From: Ruditapes philippinarum
Lineage: Eukaryota
Assembly (NCBI RefSeq): GCF_026571515.1
Contig: NW_026856902.1
Coordinates: forward strand, 1-64,000
Length of the DNA stretch: 64,000 nucleotides
Direction of reading: 5' to 3'
Shown in pieces: positions 11,601 through 24,924 of this stretch (the first letter of the stretch is position 1; each line of letters opens with the position of its first letter). The position numbers were made by a program, and so were the translations under genes. The notes under the pieces were generated by a model, which had not been told where the DNA came from, made no database searches, and worked only from the letters and a program-made list of their open reading frames with translations.

Positions 11601-13684
11601 TTGCTTTATTTGTATGGTTTGTTTTCCGATTGTAACAAATTTTGTCAAATCTTTGCGCCACCTAACCGGCTCTCCTGGAAAATTAACCAGACTACTAATA
11701 TCCCATGATGTCTGAAACAGCGATGTGAGCAAACGACCATTAAACTATATTTCAATGATAAATTGTGACTGACGGATATTCGCCTCGTCCGAGAATCGAT
11801 CTAGCGAACCTTGGATTGCAAACTTAAGATGTTCTGCCTAATGAGCTAAGCGAACGGGCCAGTAGTACAAAATTACAGCTTAAATACAATGTTGTAGAAA
11901 CACCCGTACAGATAAGACAAACAAACGATTTTCTTTTAAATTAATACATCAGTTGTTGTTGTTTTATCTTATAAATGCTCTGAAATTGTTCAGTTACATC
12001 CTGGTCTACATGTTTACCGAGTCAAAACGAGTCGTGTCACGACAAAACCAACATAATGGGTTTGCGACCAACATGGATCCAGACCAGCCTGCGCATCCGC
12101 GCAGTCTGATCAGGATCCATGCTGTTCGCTTTTAAACCTTTTAACAAGTAGAGAAACTGATAGCGAACAGCATGGAATGAGTTGATCACATGTTTATGCT
12201 GTGCATGCAAGTTAAAATGTTTATTTTTGTTTTTGCCTGCAGATAATGCAAATGTCTCTAAACCGTATCGTCTTGGGTACAAACCAAGTATCAGTGTGGT
12301 GGACTTTGAGTATTATTTCTCCGGTATGAAATTCGTGCTTAGTGCTTCCGGCAAATCTCCGGTTTCGTTTAGGATGTTTGCAACAGAGTCTGGAGGTATG
12401 ATATATACACTCACGGAATAAAACTAGTATTTTCTTAAGTCTGTTTATATTTCATCGTTAGAATTAGGTAGAGTAATTCTAAATGAGTCACAGTTCTAGA
12501 CTTAAATGTAATTGTCAACATAACTATAATTTATGTTGTTGACTTCATTGCACATAATTGTGTATAATCAGTAAAATGTTCTAAAATTCCAAAAAACTAA
12601 TGTTATATTTCTTTACATTGTCTCAACATTTTTGTTTTTGAAAATTAATATATGCTAATCTTTAAGTGACAAAATGTGATATTTGCAGCGTTTTCGGCAT
12701 GGGTAACTACATTCTTTCAGAACTACCTACCGATAAAACCGAATCCAAAAGTCTTCATCGTCCCGAAAATATGTAAACCGCACAACGAGGTATGAACAGT
12801 ATAAATATTTTTTTTCTTGTATTATTCATTGGATAAGAGCAGTCACATTGTGGCAGGTCACCTTTTATGATATAAAGAAACTTATTTTCCTTGTAGACCT
12901 TAACCATGTCAATTACAGACAACTTTAACAGATATTGTACGAATAAACAAGCCCATGTATCGATAATTTAACATAGTATAGAAGTATGTTTCATAAATGA
13001 GTTATATCCAATCCATCTCGTCAGAGTCAAATATCCTTAGTTATGGAATATGGTCGATGAAAGAAATCAGTTACTGTGTTTGCCACTGATCAACTATGAA
13101 AATTTAAGAAGGAAACCCTCTTTTAATTCCTTTAGACCCCATATAGTTTCATATTGGGTCTGTGAAAACCTTATAATCAATATTCTTTATCCCGTGTTCA
13201 TTACTCGTCACCAAAAGGATAATTGAACAGATGATACATTAAAATCAAGATTAAGCCTACGACATAAAACACAATGTTGTTAAAAATAATAGCTATTTTA
13301 AATGTACATGTATATGAATAACTCCGTGAAACATTCTTTTCTGATAGGAAACATTTACAAACATTTAGTTCGTTTCCAAATTATGCAATTGTTTAGTGAA
13401 CTTTCAACTCGGACTGTCCTTTATCAATTATCACAGTAATATATAAACAATATAAGGTTATTGCATATGACATAGTTAATGATCACACCCTATAAATTTA
13501 ACATACGAGGCTGACTCTCTACTAGTAAGTCAGCTTTTCAACTTTGATATCAATCAAAATTTTCGGCGAAATTAAAGATTTAATTATTTCATATCTTTCT
13601 TTACAATTGCAGGAAAACGATGACGCATGGATGACATTGGGTCAAAGACCGATCTGGGAAATGATGACAGAACAAGAAAACTAG
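8605..13684 (+). CDS. Ependymin-related (EPDR-like) secreted protein, paralogue 1 (221 aa)
   Basis: join(8605-8766,9821-9919,10788-10866,12243-12395,12689-12789,13613-13684). All introns are GT-AG, phases 0,0,1,1,0, with a continuous ORF. Hydrophobic signal peptide, then FCFPEHW, YVDRTVHKMR, YLALFKQKVLYVILNGKNC, WCTP, YRLG, FQNYLPIKPNPKVFIVPKIC, i.e. the ependymin family motif order. Confidence 0.85.
10065..10499 (+). mobile_element. Probable Helentron-associated/DINE-like non-autonomous element relic in EPDR-1 intron 2
   Basis: Short (tgtc/gtcc)-type microsatellite near the 5' end, internal gagttatggcccttt and terminal gctcttgtt, an architecture recalled from mollusc HINE-type repeats. Confidence 0.4.
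12029..12175. mobile_element. Truncated copy of the palindromic MITE in EPDR-1 intron 3
   Basis: Left arm and loop only. Other partial copies at about 4778-4837, 14396-14490 and 63927-64000. Confidence 0.75.
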
Positions 13685-15726
13685 AAGCTATTATAAACGA
13701 ACAGTCTGAATTATTTAAACATGATCAGTACAGATGATAAAACAATATTATATATATGACATAAACCATAATGTAGTTTAAGATGATAGCTATTATAAAT
13801 ATATATAAATTTCAATAGGAAATTACTCCGTGAAACCTTCATTTCTTCTTTAAAAGATCTACAGTTTGATCAAGTATAATTTTGTTTTTAACTTTGCAAT
13901 TATTTTGTTTAATTCAGATTGTCCTTTATGAACAATATATTTATTGCATATTCTCATATTGTTGTCTTCCCTTTGTATATTTGTCCTTGTAAGTGTGTTT
14001 GACCTTTTCCATGTAACGAAAATGATGAAAGCCGTAAACGACAACATTATCCGAATGAATTTTACTGAAAGCGTTGAAAGCGCCTCACAAAAACGAGTAC
14101 GACTCCTGTCAAACCATAATAATATAATTATATAAGGTCTTATTCTGTGTTTCCGCTATAACTAACTTTAAGATATAAAATAAACAGGTTATTAACAATT
14201 GAGCGGGCACAATACGGCAATATATTTGGACTAGTACACAGTTTGAGAAATCGTTGGCAAACGTCTTCGCTAGTATATACTTTTACTTCCACATAGAGAT
14301 AAGATAAAATTGGATGATGGCAATCATACAAATATCAGGACTACTGAGTTTGAGGCAGTAGGCGTAGTATATTGTATTAAACAACGTAACGTATATGAGC
14401 CGCGTCACGACAAAACCAACATAATGGGTTTGCGACCAGCATGGATCCAGACCAGCCTGCGCTATCACTTTTTACTTGTAATAGAGTTGGTACGCGACTC
14501 ATATTATTCCTTTTGATTCGATTGTAAAAACCGACATCTGATGATAAAGATCAGGACACAAGTTGTGATGAACAATGTCTGTTTAACAATCATATGAATG
14601 TATCATAATATCATTTTAATGACGTGCTTTATTAAAAAAGTATGTATTTTCCATTAAACAATATTTTCTAAAAACACATTGGAAAGTCCAAACAAAAACG
14701 CAACACTTTAATAATTCATCAGTTTAATTCACATTCGGGATTTCCTGTATATTTAACAATGATATCTTTACAATTATTAAACAATTGTTGTACTTTAATA
14801 TTGTTGTAGACAGCTCAATTCTAAGTGTCTTTATCCGCAGTTTATTATTATTATTATTATTATTTAGTACTCTCATATTATGATTGATCTAAATCCGTTT
14901 TGTATACATCCTGGTCTATATAATTTAAATAATATAGATAACAAAAGACTATCCGGGGGATGTTCAAGACGTTTGATTTACAATTTCGTTACATTGCATA
15001 AATTCTAACATTTTTGCTGAAAAGTACAAAAACCCCAACATGTTAATTTTAATTTACTAAGATTTAAACAAAAAACAACCCAAAAGGAGTTAACGATTTG
15101 TTTTGATATCATTTGTATTAGGTATAAACTAATGAGTTACACTCCTAAATATTTGATCATTAAATACCAAGAACTTCTTAAGAAATCCTAAAAAATCATA
15201 TCATATATATAGCGTACATCATGAACACATTTACACCTTAGTTTTTTTTTTACTTCAATCGCATTTCATAGTAATAGTAATGAATGACGTAAATAAGTTT
15301 CACACGCTTTACACGTGCTTCACTTTATCTCCTATAGAAATTAGACAGTTAAAAATCGCTGTCCCCATACCTAATTTTATGTTAAGTTTTAAGGTTTAAA
15401 AATGTTTCTAGTGTTTTATATGTAATATTTTCGCTTGATTATCTATCATACTTGACGTAAAACATGTAACTGTTTTCTATTTGATACCCACATATGTATT
15501 TATTTACTTGATTATTGTATTGTCTGTTGTATTGACGAAATAAAAGAATGTTGTATTGTATTGTATAATTGTATTATTCTATGATGTAATATTCGTGACA
15601 AACTGTCAATCATCCTATCTTATAAAGTCTAACTACATGTATATTCATTATAGTGATACTAAATATGTTGAATTTCAGGTATATGATCGCTTAGTAAATT
15701 TATCATATTCAAATTTAAAAAAAAGT

Positions 15727-15932
15727 TGTGTTTGTTTGTTTCATTTTACGCCTTTTCCCAACAGTATTTCAGTCATATAGGCGGGTAGTTTCCTAACCAT
15801 TGTTCCTGGAGAGTCACAAGTACTAGCTTTCTCCGTTCTAAACTACCAAAGCATCTCCCGGAGATCGAACCCACGCCAGAAAGGTAACTGGATTAGAAGT
15901 CATCGACTCTAACCCCTCGACCACGGAGGCGG
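15727..15932 (-). mobile_element. tRNA-derived SINE (second family)
   Basis: Reverse complement begins gccgcctccgtggtcgaggggttagag (A box) ... gggttcgatctcc (B box) and shares body and tail with 5940-6118. Confidence 0.75.
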
Positions 15933-16213
15933 TTAAATTTTAAAAAGAATCTTATTTAAGAAACAGTGCTTAAATTTTGTTCTTCACTACCAATCAGACA
16001 ATATAATGTCAAATTTTAAAATAAAATTAATTTATCATTTTCTTGCTTGTACTGCGAATTTGTTTTCATATAAAAATGCACTGTTTTACAAATAACCGAA
16101 GGACCCAATGGCTGTTATTACTGAATGAATTTAGAAGAAATTAGGAACATAGATTTATGAGGTATCTTCAAAAGCACAAATAAAACAATTTGCACATGTT
16201 TGCTTAAAATAAA

Positions 16214-16450
16214 TAAGCCGCGCCATGAGAAAACCAACATAGTGCGTTTGCGACCAGCATGGATCCAGACCAGCCTGCGCATTCGCGCAGCTTGAACAGG
16301 ATCCATGCTGTTCGCTTACCAACCCTTTTACAAGTAGAGAAAATTATAGCGAATAACATGGATCCTGATCAGACTGCGGGGATGCGCAGGCTGGTCTGGA
16401 TCCATGCTGGTCGCAAACCAATTATGTTGGTTTTGTCGTGACGCGGCTCA
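16214..16450. mobile_element. Palindromic ~240-bp MITE (TGAGCCGCG family), full copy
   Basis: Same TIRs and internal sequence as 1692-1934. Confidence 0.85.
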
Positions 16451-16537
16451 AATGATATTGTTTTAAATTAAATCATTGTTAATTATAAAAAAATACATAA
16501 GTAGCTAGAATGTTTTCTAATATAACAGTATAAACAT

Positions 16538-16715
16538 GTACATTCTGACCAATCCCCTTATGTTTCATACATGCATCTTTAACAATGAACAATATGCACG
16601 TGATTGGTTTTCCATGTATTTATATCTATACATGTATATATAAACTTATAAATGTGCTGATATGCAAAGCGGATTCAAATCTTGACTAAACATAGAGTAT
16701 CGAACAATCGTAAGT
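16538..16715 (+). promoter_or_regulatory. Putative promoter and non-coding first exon of EPDR-2 (CCAAT, E-box CACGTG at 16597, TATA-like run, donor GTAAGT at 16710)
   Basis: Block is homologous to 29681-29873 upstream of EPDR-3, with CACGTG and the AATC|GTAAGT donor conserved in both. Confidence 0.55.
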
Positions 16716-17424
16716 AATCAGTATTTTCATGTTGTTTAATATGGGGGTTTATAGTATAAATATATTGTGATTGTGATGTAAACTCTCAATATTTCATGCA
16801 GTAAAAATCTAAATCTTAATTAAATTGTATGCTAATATGCTAACAAATAACTAAATACAAAGTACTTAGTTTGTTTATAGTATTAAAACTATGTTAAGGG
16901 TTTTTGTAAATTTATATAGTTTATTTTACTTTTTCCCAAGTAGAGGAAGATTGCTATGTTCCATGTTCGTTATGAAGATTTTTGACATGTTACATGGGCG
17001 TAAATAAATATGTTATGCGGTATATGCCAAAAAAAAACAAAAAAACTAACAAATATAAATATATATATCTATAGGGCCATATAACCTGCCGTCAAAATCT
17101 TTAAACGAGATACATATTGTTGTTAAATCTGGCTGTTAAAACACAAACCACTAATTTTTACACTTTTCTTAATAATTTCGTATGACTTTATAGTTTTTCA
17201 AATAAAATAAACTATTTAAGCGATAATGCATAAACTTTGATTTTCACTTATTATTGGTTCATATTTCTTTACCAAGTTTAATCTTGAAAACCTATATAGT
17301 AAACAAAATAAACGAAATAATAACATAGATTTTAATATGATCTTATTGCTTATATCTAAATTAGTTCTTGTTCTTCTATTTAATTTGCCACTTCGCATCT
17401 GTTTAGGCCGTGATCCAGCCAACA

Positions 17425-20400
17425 ATGATGCTGAAAGGATTTTGTCTTCTTGTCTTGGTGACTGTTGTCCACTGTAAGGCAAAGAAGTGCTGCTTCCCAC
17501 AAAACTGGCAGTTACGAGAATCATCGATAAGTGCTTACGCTAACAACAAAACAAAGGAATTACAAATGGTAACATATATTTATTTTTACATTATATTACA
17601 TTGTTTAATGGCATTCTTTGTTCTTTATTTTCACTCATGACATATGAATATGATACAAGTACCTACTTATATTGTAATTTGCACTTATGCATAAGTTTCA
17701 TGTATTGAAATATGCAGAATGCTAAAAATAAAATCACAAGTAGGCATATAGATAATCATGTACAATGTTAAGCATTTTTGCAGTGCTAAAATTCAAATTG
17801 CAAACAAACATGAATCTAGGCTCATCCGTTGATTTCTTTGAGTATTTCATTTTCTCATTCAGTTCACCGTTGACATATTCTTTGACAGTGTGGAACAGAA
17901 AATAAGACAAGATTTCTTTACGTCTAAAGATAATTTAACAATACTTGAGCTCTACAATGCGGTAAGTAAACATAAATTGTTAATTTCGTTTATTTATTTG
18001 TTTTTCTCTAATCATCGATACATTTACTTTATTTTTATTGTATTTAAAGTCACAAGGTTAAGGCCAGGTGGTAAATTTCCAGCTTTTCTTCTGGGAGAGA
18101 CCTTCAGGTTTTGCATCAAATACGAGCTTTCACCTAAAAAAACAAAACAAACAAAAACCGATGCAAGGTGGCTGGATAATGCCATAAAATGAAAGAATTC
18201 GAAGTCTCTGATGTCATGATATGTGAATGAGCCCTTGCATTAGAAATTTTTAACAATAAAAATAATTGCGTCTTTAATTGTGTGAACAATTAATTGTCCT
18301 TGTAACTTCATACTGTAATGGTATCTAAACAGAATACAGGACGTGCAATTTATAAATTTGTTCAAATACAATATAACTACATTTGTATTATAAACGTTTA
18401 ATTAAGGGGTTAAAATGCGAGTAATTTATTGAAAATTAATCTTTTTTGTTTTCCTATCACATTGTTAAGATTTATGTCATTTCCGATAACACATACTTCG
18501 ATGTCTGTTTTGATTTTTAACCATCATAAAAACCGTACGTACAAACATTTTCTCGTCTTTAATATTTGATATTATTATTTCTTACAGCATGTTGGTTTCA
18601 AGATTTTAAACAATAAAAAGTGCACACTCTTTGAGCCAGGACATTTTCCACCGACACCAATTTGCATCCCTGGTAAGAACATTTCTCTTAAATATCCGAA
18701 ACTAAAAAAGTCTTATTACATATACTTCAAAATGAACCGTATTTCTTACTTTTAAAGTACCGAATGAACTTCCAACGTAAGCACAATACGATCATTATTT
18801 GATCTAATTTTTATAATTTTTCAGAAGTACAAAAATGCATATAAATATCCCTATCATACTCTAAGTACATATATTTTAATGCAGTACAACATACTATTCA
18901 TTTTGGATGTTTGTCTAATTATATGTTTGTCCCTATAAGGCCGCATTAAACAATGATGTTGTTATAAATCGTTGAGTACAATATTGATTCAATTACGTTC
19001 ATAGCTGCAAAACCAAACTTAAATTAGACTCGGATACTGTCCTCCTATGTGCAAAACCAAACTTAAATTAGACTCGGATACTGTCCTCCTATGTGCAAAA
19101 CCAAACTTAAATTAGACTCGGATACTGTCCTCCTATGTGCAAAACCAAACTTAAATTAGACTCGGATACTGTCCTCCTATGTGCAAAACCAAACTTAAAT
19201 TAGACTCGGATACTGTCCTCCTATGTGCAAAACCAAACTTAAATTAGACTCGGATACTGTCCTCCTATGTGCAAAACCAAACTTAAATTAGACTCGGATA
19301 CTGTCCTCCTATGTGCAAAACCAAACTTAAATTAGACTCGGATACTGTCCTCCTATGTGCAAAACCAAACTTAAATTAGACTCGGATACTGTCCTCCTAT
19401 GTGCAAAACCAAACTTAAATTAGACTCGGATACTGTCCTCCTATGTGCAAAACCAAACTTAAATTAAACTTTGATACTGTCCTCCTATGTGCAAAACCAA
19501 ACTTAAATTAGACTCGGATACTGTCCTCCTATGTGCAAAACCAAACTTAAATTAAACTTTGATACTGTCCTCCTATGTGCAAAACCAAACTTAAATTAAA
19601 CTTTGATACTGTCCTCCTATGTAGATTCTCATCTGGTACTCAACAATGCATAATAACTATAATTAACAAGAAGGATTGTCCCAAGATAAAAAAAAACAAA
19701 AACAAAAGTGGTCCACTTTTAAGATAACAAAGTAGTAAGCTGGCATGCTTTTATCCTTGTAGTTGATGCATGTAACAAATCCAAAGGAAGTTATTATGTA
19801 TTGTACTTGAAAAAATACTTTGAATTGTCAAAAGTTTCAAAAAATTCTACAATAGATACATGGAAAAGGGTCGACCAATACAGACTCGGACTCAAACCAA
19901 GCATTAACGTTGCCGAGTACGGATACAGTGCAAAAGTCTCCACTTACGTCGGCGTAACTGACAACTGTGTTCCGGTCAGCGTAACGTCATTTGGATTTCC
20001 AACCACAGGTACACTTTTACAATAATTACAAAAATATTATCATGAGCAATTTATAAATGTTTTAAATATAAAGAAACAAAAGAATTAACGAAACGACAAA
20101 ACAATTCCATTATTAAAATGTTTGTCAGCTACCTGATGATATGGTTTTCAAGATACGTAAATAAGAAACTCGAAAAATCTTCAGAGGTTTTTGTAATTAT
20201 ATAGTTATTATTTTTTTAATTATTTACACTAAGACTGGTTTTTATATAAAGTAAAGAAGCTTTGTATTGTTCTAATAATAAAGGATGACCATGAATCATT
20301 TTGATGATGTTTCACATTCGATACTATGCCATATTGTTTCAGGTACAATGTCCCTGTATGCAGCTAGTTTCGAAAACTATCTACCAGATATACCAGATCC

Positions 20401-20720
20401 ATCAGTGTTCCATGTTCCTGCAATCTGCAAACATGCCTTGAGGGTAAATATTGCAACAAACAATAGTATACTGTATAACCTTTTTCTGGATCGTATAACA
20501 GAGTGTTTTTGTTGCTTGATTTGACAATTATATATAGCGTTACTTAATTATTTCTTATCGTCAATAATGTCAACGCAAATTGTAACTGATAACATACACT
20601 TTCCTCCATATCGTAATAAAAAGAAAGATGAATTTAAAATTTCTTTTACAGGACTACGAATTCATTAAAGAACCATTGCACGAAAAGATGTTCTGGAGAG
20701 AAATGTTTGCCGAATATTGA
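17425..20720 (+). CDS. Ependymin-related (EPDR-like) secreted protein, paralogue 2 (216 aa)
   Basis: join(17425-17568,17863-17961,18588-18672,19856-20008,20343-20443,20652-20720). GT-AG, phases 0,0,1,1,0. Signal peptide, CCFPQNW, FDSVEQKIR, KKC, ICIP, YRLG, TDNCVPV, FENYLPDIPDPSVFHVPAIC (compare the ependymin C-terminal motif GIxDPSVFxPPxxC). Confidence 0.9.
19007..19622 (+). repeat. Minisatellite, 14 x 44 bp, in intron 3 of EPDR-2
   Basis: Unit gcaaaaccaaacttaaattagactcggatactgtcctcctatgt. Copies 11, 13 and 14 carry the variant aaactttgat. Confidence 0.95.
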
Positions 20721-21093
20721 TCTTATATCTATTTCAACTGGAATGACTGGACAGTTTGAGTGTCACAAATTATAATTATGAAGGCTTTAACAGTTCTGAT
20801 ATTGCAACATACAGTAAATTACAAATCAATCATGTACTAAACATTCTCTGTGCTACATCATCGTACAGTAATAAATTATTGAAACAATCATATTTTTGCC
20901 ACAGTTATAGCATATGTTTTGAAAATTTGTAACTTTATGCTTCGATCATTACTTTGTTAACATGTTTAGATCGTTATAAAAAATCAAATATATATTTACA
21001 ATTTACTTTCTAATCAAACACAATTTCATCTATCAAACTTACTATATTGATCATAATTGAATCTGTAACTGACACTTTGAAAAACATAACCAT

Positions 21094-21099
21094 AATAAA
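21094..21099 (+). terminator. Candidate polyadenylation signal of EPDR-2
   Basis: AATAAA in the context aataaaactaaagatg, conserved in the EPDR-3 3' region as aataaaaccaaagatg (41446). Confidence 0.4.
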
Positions 21100-21894
21100 A
21101 CTAAAGATGAATTTAACCTAATAGTTTCTGTTTTCTATCTTGTTTAAATAGTCAGAAGAAAACAAAAGTATATGTGCAAGTAACCTTGCTTAGTGGACAA
21201 TCAAATACCATTAGCTTAATAGTCACCATTATGAGCTTGAATCTCGTCAGTGGCGATATTTGTGTCATGCAGTTACAAGAGGAATATGAACTTGTATATC
21301 GCTTATTTCAGAGTCATGTTCATGCCTGAAACGCACAGAGTGTTAAAAGTATTACGGTCTATTGCGACGGCAAGCAAATTTGCAAATTTTACATTTTAAA
21401 CATATTTAAGGATTCTCTTTATTAGTGTTTTCTTTAACTTATTAACATTTTTTAATTATTACATAACAAAGATAAAAGCATCAAAATAGATTTAATAAAA
21501 CCTCCAGCTATTCACCCATCATCATTCGTTTATGAAATCATATTTACAAATTTTCGTATCTCATAAAAAACCTTATTTACCCTCCTGCAGAGTCATACGA
21601 ATAATATCATATATACACATAACATAATAGTTCGATGCCATTCGAATAAATCATAGTAAGAAACTTCCAAATCATTTCAAAAACATTTGTCATAAGCATT
21701 TTGAAGAAGAAAAAAAACACCACCCCCCAGAAAAAAAAGAACAACAACATTTTTTTTGTATTAGACGAAAACACTTTTATATAGAATTGTGTACTATAAA
21801 AATTTCTTATTTTTGTTATCCCCCACAGCAGTTGCTTCCACTGAAAAGTACAGCCGCAATATGTGACGTCGTCTCCGTGATGATTTGTGCTTGA

Positions 21895-22400
21895 ATGTAT
21901 TGACCTTTTTGAAAACTTAGCGAAACACCGTTTTCCGGTACGTTACGAATTTAGCTCTGGTAAATTACACCCAATTAAGTATATAACACTGTTATGTGAT
22001 ATTTCCCTTTTCTATTATTATTTTACCGTCTATGGTAGGAAAATTTGATGTGTTCGAAAATTAACTATGTTCCAGTACTATCTTTCGCAAATTTTCCCAA
22101 AACAAAAGTTATTTGTAATAAAAATCAGTAATTAAAACAGTCGTTGTTGCATCTGCCATGAAAATAGAGATATTTTCTGCATTAACTTATGTATTTACTT
22201 TATTTTTTACATTGAATTATTCATACAGTGATATTTAATTAGTTTCTTACAAAGAAATAATTGTTTAATAACACTTTAATCCAAAACAATGCCAAAAACC
22301 TACAGATCGTTACTACACGCCCTTTAGGTAAATTCCCCAGAGCTGTGTACAGAAAGTACCAGAAAACGGCGTTTAGCTAGGTTTTCGAATTCGTGAATAT
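21895..22400. repeat. Imperfect ~70-bp inverted repeat pair (MITE relic); related fragment at about 5262-5340
   Basis: gaaaacttagcgaaacaccgttttccggtac (21911) is inverted relative to gtaccagaaaacggcgtttagctaggttttc (about 22356-22386). Confidence 0.55.
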
Positions 22401-22505
22401 ATGATTAGCTTGATGACGTAACTCGAACCTATCCGCATTCTCAATGAAATATTCATATCTTTATATCAGACAGAAATGCATAAATAAATATTCTTGCAAA
22501 ACATA

Positions 22506-22646
22506 TGTCACGGTTCAAAACTGTCCACTCTTTAGGGGTGATGCGTAAGCAGCCGGAAACCTCAGTTGTAAGAGTCGCGGTATGGTATTCCGATGGTCCC
22601 GGGTTCAAATCCTGGTCAGGCTACACATTTTTCTCACCGGGTGACA
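22506..22646 (+). mobile_element. 141-bp solo-LTR-like element with an internal tRNA-like Pol III promoter
   Basis: TGTCAC...GTGACA termini, CATA direct flanks (22502-22505, 22647-22650), a degenerate A box (cctcagttgtaaga) and B box GGTTCAAATCC (22602-22612). Confidence 0.6.
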
Positions 22647-24924
22647 CATACAAAATAGAAAAAAATATTCATGGTTTTATAAAGATAGTTATTGTTACCC
22701 ATCAAGCATTTACCCACATACCATGTACGCGTTGACAACACAGCCTTATATTTCGTGCTAGTAATCAGTCACAGCTAAACTACAGTTTTTTGGAGTTTTG
22801 TCATGCTGTTTTTATTTGATGAATGCTTAGTGTGTTGAGCTAAGCTGAAAGTCGCTTTCTTGCATATCAGACTGGCGTTTCCATGCCGGAAATTTCATCT
22901 GCTATGGGGGTTCCAGATGAGTCGCGTACTGTACAATGGCACGATTAGGATGACGTCATTTTACCGTTATGAATGAAGTTGTAATTCATACGCTGTTGTA
23001 AGAAAGTAGTTACGGTTGTAATGATATTAATTTTCATTGAAAATAAAGATAAAGAATTTAAAGTATAATGGAATATGGTAGAATATGCAAGAAAAAATAT
23101 CTGACATATGTTTGCGGTTCGGATCGGCATATCCGTCCCTCGGTCTTTTCTTAAAAAAACTGCCAGTTTTTTAATGATACTATATATTCATATTGTGACC
23201 TACTATAGTTTGTAGAATTTTAATACAACTACTTTGTATGAAGTGAAAACCTGTTTATTTTATGTTTACAAAAAGACTGTGTAACAGTTATCAATATTTT
23301 CGAATATCAAATTTGAGCATAGTAGATCTTAAAACACTTCATCCGTTATAAGGAAACGTACACACTTAATTAAATATCTGATTTATGAACAGAAGTATTT
23401 GATATAAGTTGTAACCGGATTACATTATAGTACATGTATTCCTGCATAAAATAGATTATTGTACCCCTTTGCAGATTAAATCTCGAGACTTGAACGCTCC
23501 TAACCACTACGCTACTTGGACTTATAATAACTTGACATTTTGTCTTAATTGGTTCAATTTTACATTTTAATAAGAAAAAATAATCAATAACCAATAATCA
23601 ATAATCCACATAACCAACGGAATTGTCTATAAATATTGGTAATGTGCAATTCTGAAAAAGAGTGGCGCAGTATTTTTATAATTTAGATCGTTTATATATT
23701 GTATCATAAACAATTTTCTTTATCAGTCGTTGGTCAATTATCTTTTTAAAAGTCAATCTTTGGAAAAATATTAATTATTCAACTCAAATTGACAGTGAAA
23801 AAATGAGCACAATGTCACTTTAATCAACGGAACTGCTACTATCGATCAGTATTGCACAGGCATATTATTTTATACGCCTAAGACCTTCATCACGTATTAT
23901 GTTATGGTATTGTTTGTCCGCCTGTCCGTCTTTCAATGGAACAAACCTTAATTTAGGTTAAAAAAACGCTAGAGTAGAATTTAAATAATATTGTTTTAAG
24001 CGGTCTTTAACACTGATGTGACCGATATTAATTCTCAAATATATCATTTGTACATTTGAAAAAAGCTTATTATAAGTGTTGGACAATTGAAATGAAATAA
24101 GAAAAAGCTCTATTCACTTTATAAACAAAAGAAATTGCCAAAGGCTTATGTAATATCATTTTCTTTTTCACGTAAATTGTTTACCTTACTTTTATATCTT
24201 CTTTCATAAAGTAACATTTATTTATTTCAGAAACGCCGAATATCGATTTACCTTTATATCAATCAAAGAAATGAAAATAAGGTTTCACAATGATGTAGAA
24301 TACATGTATATCCTTGAGTGACCAGTTTCTACACCTTTAAGGATTGTTTTGCCTGTGTTATGTAAAATCACGTTATAGTTTCTGTACATACTGTCTTAAC
24401 TAGTTATGACATAGGTTCATTTAACCCGTTATTCCAGTTTATCTTTTCCGGAACCGTTAAAGTACCACTTCACCCGGAAGCGGTCATTTTTTTAAAGGAG
24501 TGCCCTCAAACGACGCTAGTGATCGACTAATTTATTTTCACACTATTGGTGACTGCACATGTAAATAGTGTACTTACATTAACCAATAATAATAGTAACA
24601 TGGACCAACAATTTATTAACAAAAATAAATAAATAAACCTGGTCAACTGTAGACTCCTCAGTTATTACATTGCCACTGACAATAGTACTTATGTACCTTG
24701 TAATTTTGTTGTGATAAATGCTTGCGAGGGATCACTTTGTTTCCAGATTTTTATACTTCACAACAGCAGGTGCCAAGTGTTGTGTGACAGCTGTTGAAAG
24801 TTGCCCTGTACTTCACTTCAGTGTTGTAATATTTTTCTGGTCCTGCGGGATCATTGATGCCAGCGCTGTTATGTTTTAAGAATTGAGTACCGCTCAAATA
24901 GAGAGAAAATAAAAGAATCCCTAA

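Noticed and set aside
19007-19622. CRISPR-like array
   Set aside because: Units are contiguous 44-bp repeats with no unique spacers, no cas genes, and lie inside a eukaryotic intron.
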